DNA from: a virus
Taxonomy: Duplodnaviria > Caudoviricetes
DNA length: 36,874 nt
Virus record (IMG/VR): IMGVR_UViG_3300014202_000777
Location: 1 to 36,874 of that record
Reading direction: 5' to 3' (one strand)
Positions 33,673 through 36,874 of the stretch are shown piece by piece. Positions within the stretch are counted from its first letter, which is position 1; every line of letters begins with the position of its first letter. Below the pieces are notes generated by a model. That model ran no database searches and had not been told where the DNA came from. It saw nothing but the letters and a program-made list of their open reading frames with translations. Made by a program: the position numbers and the translations under genes.

Positions 33673-34530
33673 ATGCGTACCATAGGAGAGATTTATGCAG
33701 AGATTGTAGCGTATAAGGATAGCCAATCGGCTATTCTGGCTCTGGCACCTACAGCGGACACTGAGCAGCAGTTGCTTACTGCCCTGAACAGTACGAGCAA
33801 GGTCGCAATCTGGCGGCTTTGGGCTTACATAACGGCTGTGGCTATCTGGACCCATGAAAGCCTTTGGGAACTATTCCGCATCGAGGTGCAGAAAGTGGCT
33901 GACAGCGCAATTGTGGGTACGGTGCCGTGGTATCAGGCGCAGGTGTTTGCTTACCAACACGGCGATACTTTGGACTATGATCCCGTGACCGGCAAATATG
34001 CGTATGTGGCCATCCATACGGGTGTCCAGATCGTGAAGCGTTGTGCTGTGATCGAGCAGCCTGATGGAGTGTTGGCCTTCAAAGTGGCGAAACTTTCTTC
34101 TGGTGCGCCGGTAGCCCTTGATGCTCCTGAGCAATCGGCGCTTGTGTTGTACCTGAAAAAGATCAGGTTTGCAGGCACACGGTTTACCTTGCTCAGCGGG
34201 AATGGTGACATTATCCGGATTCAGGCGACTATCTATTATGATGGCGTGGTGCCATCCGGTACTATCAGCACCAATGTGCAGGCTGCTGTCACTAATTACA
34301 TCGGGTCGCTCCCTTTCAATGGGGAGTTGCTTTTGTCCACTTTGGTCGACAAGATTCAGGCGGTTGAAGGAGTGCTCGATGTTGTACTGGTAAGCGCTCA
34401 AACAAAGACCATTATATCCGATCCTTACACTTCTATTGTGCGCGTCCATGTTCCGCTTTATGGGTACTATAAGATTGATACCACTTCGGGTAACACACTC
34501 GCTGACACTCTGACATTTATTCCACAATGA
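33673..34530 (+). CDS. Baseplate J-like wedge protein
   Basis: STSKVAIWRLW, LPFNGELLLSTLVDKIQAVEGV motifs. Confidence 0.82.
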   Translation: MRTIGEIYAEIVAYKDSQSAILALAPTADTEQQLLTALNSTSKVAIWRLWAYITAVAIWTHESLWELFRIEVQKVADSAIVGTVPWYQAQVFAYQHGDTLDYDPVTGKYAYVAIHTGVQIVKRCAVIEQPDGVLAFKVAKLSSGAPVALDAPEQSALVLYLKKIRFAGTRFTLLSGNGDIIRIQATIYYDGVVPSGTISTNVQAAVTNYIGSLPFNGELLLSTLVDKIQAVEGVLDVVLVSAQTKTIISDPYTSIVRVHVPLYGYYKIDTTSGNTLADTLTFIPQ

Positions 34531-35030
34531 TGAACCTCGGACTCAATTTCAGACAGGTTTTCAAGTACCTGGTTCCGGCGCTGATCAGAGGCGCCAGATT
34601 TGAGGCATGGATAGGTGCTTTGCTTGAGCCTGTGCAGTCGCTGAATACTGACTTTGTGGCCGACGCTGCATCTATCAGGTATTACCTCCGGTTCAACGGC
34701 CAGGTGATTTATATGGAGCACTTGCTGAACGACCTTTTTGATAATACACTGCGCCGGATTTACATCGATGATCCGAACGACATTCAGATCATCACGCCGT
34801 ATATCTTCAATAAGATCGAGCAGCAACCTCCGCTGTTCATTTACAACAAGTCGGAAGCGGTAGACGACGCTGTTTTTATTTACAACAAATCGGAACTTGG
34901 GCTCGGTACTGATGACTTTATCGTACACGTGCCAACGGGCATTTTTGACCCAACTGTTGAGGTTCAAATGTCCTTCTACATCGATAAATTTCGTATCGCT
35001 GGGAAGCGGTACTCATTTGAAACTTTTTGA
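34527..35030 (+). CDS. Baseplate wedge protein (gpI-like)
   Basis: NGQVIYMEHLLNDLFD, DFIVHVP, AGKRY; short internal repeat FIYNKSE. Confidence 0.78.
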   Translation: MMNLGLNFRQVFKYLVPALIRGARFEAWIGALLEPVQSLNTDFVADAASIRYYLRFNGQVIYMEHLLNDLFDNTLRRIYIDDPNDIQIITPYIFNKIEQQPPLFIYNKSEAVDDAVFIYNKSELGLGTDDFIVHVPTGIFDPTVEVQMSFYIDKFRIAGKRYSFETF

Positions 35031-35824
35031 CCATGAATAAGCTGGTAATACCAAACGGCGGGATGCCGTTGCACGGTGATGATTTTAATTTTATTGATGC
35101 TGCCGTCAGGGATGCTTTTAAAGGATCGCTCTATGAACTGGCTATGGCCAATGGCGGTAACATGATCCTTGGCGGATGTGCTTTCAGTGAGACTTTAACG
35201 GTCGCTACCATCGCTGAGGGTTATGTCATGCTCAATTATGAGATCATGTATGTGCCTGCTCAGGTGTATGCAAAAACCAGCCTTTATACCTTCCTGGTTC
35301 CTGCTGTTTCGTTTGACCCGGCAGGCTCTGAAATATTTGCAAACAGCACCACTCAGGATACTTATCAAATCCGACGTGCCACGCTGGGTTCTCTTCCAGG
35401 TGTCGGGGTACCAAGGGTGGATATGTCGGCTTCGACAGGGGTTCCCGCTCCAACGCTTTCCAGCACGATTTATGAGACCCTGCTTGATAAGGTCTCTGAA
35501 TCCTCCTCCTTATCGTTTTTTAATGGATGGTCTAATGCAATTGCAAACCCTTTGCGCCTATTTCGGCATTTCCGGCAGGCGAACCTGGTTGGTGATGTTG
35601 CGCTCGGGACTATCAGTGGTGTTTCCTTTACGCAGATAGCGCTGATCATTCCAGAAGGCTTCAGGCCAGCCAAAAGATTGAAGGTTACTTGTGCAGCCTT
35701 TGGAGTCGGTGTTTTTGGTTCGGTAATGATTGAGGTGATGGCTGACGGAGAAATATACGCAATAGCAACAGACTCAAACACCTATGATTTGGTCTCTATA
35801 AACATCTCATATATAGCCCAATAA
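35027..35824 (+). CDS. Short tail fibre / receptor-binding protein
   Basis: GGMPLHGDDF baseplate-attachment N-terminus; C-terminal FNGW...IPEGFRP head; no signal peptide. Confidence 0.75.
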   Translation: MTMNKLVIPNGGMPLHGDDFNFIDAAVRDAFKGSLYELAMANGGNMILGGCAFSETLTVATIAEGYVMLNYEIMYVPAQVYAKTSLYTFLVPAVSFDPAGSEIFANSTTQDTYQIRRATLGSLPGVGVPRVDMSASTGVPAPTLSSTIYETLLDKVSESSSLSFFNGWSNAIANPLRLFRHFRQANLVGDVALGTISGVSFTQIALIIPEGFRPAKRLKVTCAAFGVGVFGSVMIEVMADGEIYAIATDSNTYDLVSINISYIAQ

Positions 35825-35885
35825 ATAAGAGGTTAACGGGCTGTTTGTACTTGCGATCAAACAATTTGTTGCCCTATTTTGGGGC

Positions 35886-36698
35886 ATGAATACAGAAACT
35901 ACAGTACAAATGAAGCCGCCGTTCGCTTATTATGGCGGCAAACAAAAACTTGCCAAGCAAATCCTTGGTTTTATTCCGGATCACGTTCTCTACTGTGAGC
36001 CTTTTGTTGGCGGTGGCGCAATCTTCTGGGCTAAAGAACCATCTGAAATCGAGGTTCTGAACGACACGAATCGGGAGTTAATCAACTTCTACCGTGTCGT
36101 TCAGAATGATTTTGTTTCCCTGGAGAAGGAAGTTCGCATATCGTTGCATAGCCGCGACATCCATCGAAAGGCTACGGTGATCTATGGCAATCCTGATATG
36201 TTCAGTGAGGTGAAGCGTGCTTGGGCTGTTTGGGTGCTGGCCACTCAAAGTTTTAGCGCTATGCTGGATGGGACTTTTGGCTTTGATGTAACTCAAGGAC
36301 GCACTTCAAAGGTTGTCTCAAATAAGCGTGAGCGATTCACAGAGGATTATGCGATCCGGCTTCAAGGCGTCACTTTAGAGTGTGCAGATGCGCTTTACAT
36401 CATCAAAAGCCGTGATGCTGAATCCAGTCTGTTTTATTGTGATCCTCCTTATTTTAATTCCGATTGTGGCCATTACGATGGTTATACAAAAGAGGACTTT
36501 GAGATGCTGCTGAAGGTGCTCTGCGGCATCAAAGGGCGCTTTCTTTTGTCCAGTTATGATAGTGATCTCCTGGCTACATTTGTCGCGCAAAACGGCTGGT
36601 TTCAGACGCAAAAGGAGTTCAATGTTTCCGTAAATGCCAAGGGTAAAACCGGCAAGAAAAAGGTTGAGGTTATGACCGCGAATTTTCCTCTACTTTAG
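35886..36698 (+). CDS. DNA adenine methyltransferase (D12/Dam class)
   Basis: YYGGK, EPFVGGG (motif I), LND, DPPY (motif IV); occupies the terminal position held by mom in Mu. Confidence 0.92.
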   Translation: MNTETTVQMKPPFAYYGGKQKLAKQILGFIPDHVLYCEPFVGGGAIFWAKEPSEIEVLNDTNRELINFYRVVQNDFVSLEKEVRISLHSRDIHRKATVIYGNPDMFSEVKRAWAVWVLATQSFSAMLDGTFGFDVTQGRTSKVVSNKRERFTEDYAIRLQGVTLECADALYIIKSRDAESSLFYCDPPYFNSDCGHYDGYTKEDFEMLLKVLCGIKGRFLLSSYDSDLLATFVAQNGWFQTQKEFNVSVNAKGKTGKKKVEVMTANFPLL

Positions 36699-36723
36699 CG
36701 ATCTTTAAACGTGGTTTTAAGAG

Positions 36724-36803
36724 CACGTTTTGATTACATTTTCTGACTGAAAATGTCGCCGAAAATGTAATCAAAACGTGTATTTTTGGAAATGCGGATT
36801 ATA
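36724..36803. repeat. Prophage right end with putative transposase-binding repeats
   Basis: Perfect 20-bp inverted repeat 36724-36743/36761-36780 (17-bp spacer); terminal ...GCGGATTATA. Confidence 0.8.
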
Positions 36804-36831
36804 TATGTGGGGAAACTATGTGCCTATGTGG
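36804..36831. repeat. Right remainder of the host palindrome (includes the duplicated TATG)
   Basis: Exact reverse complement of 1-28. Confidence 0.85.
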
Positions 36832-36874
36832 TAAAAAAAATCCGTGTTCCATTATCCAAAAAAATCAACGAAGC

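Larger units (their letters stand above)
71..36803. mobile_element. Complete Mu-like transposable prophage (contractile tail), probably from a Bacteroidota host
   Basis: Repressor/ner/A/B early block, Mu-type head and tail genes and a terminal methylase; imperfect terminal inverted repeats begin TATAA (71) and end TTATA (36803); TATG lies immediately outside both ends (67-70, 36804-36807). Confidence 0.93.

Noticed and set aside
24089-35824. Diversity-generating retroelement or invertible G-segment for fibre switching
   Set aside because: No reverse transcriptase, invertase, template/variable repeat pair or flanking inversion sites seen
21638-35824. Stand-alone contractile injection system or tailocin
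   Set aside because: Capsid, portal, terminase, transposase and intact ends show this is a whole prophage
35886-36698. Restriction-modification system
   Set aside because: Orphan methyltransferase with no adjacent nuclease

Overview
The window holds an apparently complete ~36.7 kb Mu-like (transposable) prophage with a contractile tail, spanning 71..36803. The host is probably a Bacteroidota member, inferred from TTTG-N19-21-TAnnTTTG promoters, AT-rich translation starts and signal peptides cleaved next to Gln. Left to right it carries: the left end, a repressor/Ner-like switch, DDE transposase A, a tRNA-like element plus tRNA-Met(CAT), an AAA+ MuB-like ATPase, early accessory genes, a second ATPase, a moron, an amidase endolysin, a Mor/C-like regulator, a leftward terminase-portal-head operon, a rightward protease-capsid-tail operon and a Dam-type methylase at the right end. 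Four observations stand out. (1) Between the sheath and tube genes lies a cassette of tail-fibre-like proteins with Sec signal peptides, arranged as two fibre + small coiled-coil partner pairs; this is the best candidate for an undescribed system. (2) The prophage has TATAA...TTATA ends with a 4-bp TATG duplication and interrupts a perfect 38-bp-arm host palindrome, which re-forms when the phage is removed. (3) Two tRNA-like elements lack a normal anticodon arm. (4) The MuB-like protein has a natural Walker B E-to-Q substitution. All protein calls come from reading motifs and synteny by eye; no database searches were run.
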